DNA of 35,355 nucleotides from Octopus bimaculoides (Eukaryota). This document shows, one piece after another, positions 32,945 to 35,355 of this stretch (the first letter of the stretch is position 1; the number at the start of each line of letters is the position of its first letter). The DNA lies in assembly GCF_001194135.2 (NCBI RefSeq), contig NC_068986.1, forward strand, positions 26,719,212 to 26,754,566, given 5' to 3'. Position numbers and translations under genes: made by a program. The notes beneath the pieces are model-generated. The model was given only the letters and a program-made list of their open reading frames with translations, was not told where the DNA came from and ran no database searches.

Positions 32945-33110
32945 TGGCTGTGTGGTTAAGAAGTTTTCTTTGTAACCATTGGGTTTCCAGTTCACTTCCA
33001 CTGTGTGACACCAAGGAAAAGTGTTTTCTGTGATAGCCTCAGGTTGATCAATACCTTCAGTGAAACTGGTAGTCAGAAATTGTATGGAAGCTGGCTGCAT
33101 ATAAATGTGT
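32945..33110 (+). mobile_element. SINE family C, 5' half, degenerate
   Basis: tggctgtgtggttaagaag...gggtttccagtt...gtgttttctgtgatagcctcagg. Confidence 0.6.
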
Positions 33111-33885
33111 GTGCACACATGCACAAGACAATAATTTTAAACAATGTGAACAAATAAGCATTACATTTGAGAGGTTAATCTGAACACTGAAGGGTTAAAC
33201 AGGCACTTACTTTTTCTCCCTATGCTTTTTAGCATCATCTTTGTGGTTGTCTCTGAAAGAGAAAAAAAAAAATCAATCAAGCCTGTTAAAGAAATCTTTA
33301 AAAAATCATCAACCTTAATTTTATTTTTACTAAATGTAGCTATCTTTAATGAGGGCAATGAATTTTATGTAAATTATTTCCAAAGAGATTATTTATTTAC
33401 CATTCATTAGAAGCACATTATTCCACAAGCATCATGTTCAATTAATTTTCAACACCAATATTGTCAAATATACAGATATTTTGGGTTTGGCATCCTCAGT
33501 TGTGTCACAATATTTTGGATATTGCATCCTCTGGCCTTCTTCAAGAGCTTTTCATATTTGATAAGATTGTGACAATATTCCATTGTCCAAGCCAGGAATG
33601 GTTTCTGGTATTAGTTGTTTGTGTGCTTATTGAGTCAGCTTAATTGTTCCATATAAACTAGAGCACATACAGATGCAGTGCCTCAGAAATTGAACTCATG
33701 CTCATGAAGTCACTATAACAATTAACACCCAATAATTAATCAGTGCTTACGTATGTCATTTTCTTGCAGTTTACTTGGCTGATACAAGTTCAATTCCACA
33801 ATCAATATATATGTAAACACACACACACAGTTGCAAAACAAGGGAGTAAAAACAGTACTTGGATACCAAAGGTAGAGTAAAATAG

Positions 33886-34021
33886 TATTTTATTGAAGCT
33901 GTCACAAACTGTAATTCCATATAACTGGTCATCAGTTGTGAGTATTACTCATGAGTGTCTGATGAGTGGTTACATAAAACTCTGAACACTAGTTTGTGAA
34001 GTTTAAAACTTCAATAAAATA
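33886..34021. mobile_element. Short head-to-head inverted repeat with two CTGATGA cores; possible third Penelope-like remnant
   Basis: Perfect 13-bp ends tattttattgaag/cttcaataaaata, tcacaaact/agtttgtga, and tcatcag (33929-33935) / ctgatga (33959-33965). Confidence 0.45.
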
Positions 34022-34176
34022 TTGCTTATAATTTAATTATAGTTTAACTCAACTCCATAGGACTTCAAATTTTGCAGTGCTCACTAAACTTTAAACCATA
34101 AAATTATATGTAAACCCCTACAAATGTGATGAGTACCACTTAGAATTGTTTGTCCACTCAGTTGTGCGTGTGTGTG

Positions 34177-34592
34177 TTCTTTTATTCTTTTATTTGTTTC
34201 AGTCATTTGACTGTGGCCATGCTTGAGCACTGCCTTTTAGTCAAAGAAATCGACCCCAGGATTTATTCTTTGTAAGCCTGGTACTTATTCTATCAGCCTC
34301 TTTCGCTGAACCACAAAGTACAGGGACGAAAACACAGAAAGGAGCACAGAAAGAAACAAGGAGAGAAACTAAAGAATGTGTAGTGGCTAGCGATCTATCA
34401 TGGCGAATATATATATATATATATATATATATATGACGGGCTTCTTTCAGTTTCTGTCTATGAAATCCACTGACAAAGCTTTGGTTGGCCTGAGGCAAAA
34501 GTGGAAAACACTTGCCCAAGGTGTCACACAGTGGGGCTGAACCTGGAACCATGTAGTTGGGAAGCAAGCCTCTTACTACACAACCACACCTG
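34177..34592 (-). mobile_element. SINE family C, full length (intronic)
   Basis: Tail ttcttttattcttttatttgtttcagtc through head cttactacacaaccacacctgtgc, with internal (TA)n. Confidence 0.85.
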
Positions 34593-35355
34593 TGCATGTG
34601 TGTGTGTGTGCTACTTTGGCATGTGATCTACAACTTAAAGGGCAATTACTTCAGGTTACTTTTTAGTTTACTTTTCAATTTCTAAAAAGACTTAACATGT
34701 TGGCTAGATTTTTTACAATAAATTCTTTTGTACATTGTAAATGAATTTTTTTCAAAATTCTTACTATTTTAATAATAATAAAACTATATTTCATTTATGT
34801 CTTAGTAAATAACAAGAAGAGACCAAAAATAAACAATATAATAATTAAAATAAGCACGTAGATCATACAAGTTTGACAGCCGTGAGCTTTGCAACGCAAA
34901 GAAACTAAAAACTAACTAAATATGTTACTGAATATGTTACTAAATAACAACAGGCATCTGGAAAAAGGCTAGAGTGTACATGACCATAACTTTAAAACTA
35001 TAAGACACTAGTCTGAATATATCAGAGTATAATAATGATAATTACTTATCTTATAAATTCAGATGATAATAATAATATTGTTGTTGCCCCAGTACAGCCT
35101 TGATGATGCTGACCTAAAGACATTCCAGATGTGACAATCTAAACATGGTTTTCAGGAATAGTGTATCCAGGACAAAATCATCCAATATGTCCTTCCTTTT
35201 CCAAGGCAGTATAATCCCCACCACAGACATTGTAGCATAACCTTAGTTTTACTGTATTAAAATGGTTGGTATTAGGAAAGCAATTTAACACTAAAACAAA
35301 TGCAACTGTAGTGACGTCATATTGGCGCCAAAAAGCATAGGCGCCATTACTGAAT

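Noticed and set aside
32524-35355. Search for upstream NKTR-like exons (cyclophilin domain)
   Set aside because: No phase-2-ending, stop-free exon found. The candidate near 33750-33780 has an in-frame TGA in the required phase.
1-35355. CRISPR arrays, rRNA genes, prokaryotic operons
   Set aside because: None seen; this is eukaryotic intron-rich DNA.

Overview
AT-rich eukaryotic genomic DNA, dense in microsatellites and SINEs, with five assembly gaps. The repeat families and the (TA/CA)n load look like an octopus/coleoid cephalopod genome (inference, no search run). The right ~60% holds the 3' part of one large minus-strand gene. I reconstructed it by hand as 10 phase-compatible GT-AG coding exons: 32523-31867, 30783-30655, 29534-29436, 27606-27162, 25928-25854, 22480-22212, 18693-17827, 17698-17618, 16244-16197 and 14809-14593 (stop TGA), giving ~960 codons. 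The product is Arg/Ser-rich and carries WKPGQKPW and KWQPP+acidic motifs, which match my recollection of NKTR-type SR cyclophilins. The cyclophilin domain would lie beyond the right edge. The left ~12.4 kb has no recognisable protein-coding gene: a decayed DD41D Tc1/mariner, an IR/DR-type Tc1, an RTE LINE fragment, MITEs and tRNA-derived SINEs. Most notable: (i) three head-to-head inverted repeats that each carry a minimal type-I hammerhead-ribozyme-like core, typical of Penelope-like element termini; (ii) a sharp CpG-decay boundary near 12.4 kb, seen by comparing copies of the same SINEs (gene-body methylation footprint, suggesting a long 3' UTR); (iii) symmetric RS cassette exons plus candidate stop-introducing splice events in the SR-type gene. 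Most ORF-track entries are microsatellite, gap or antisense artefacts.
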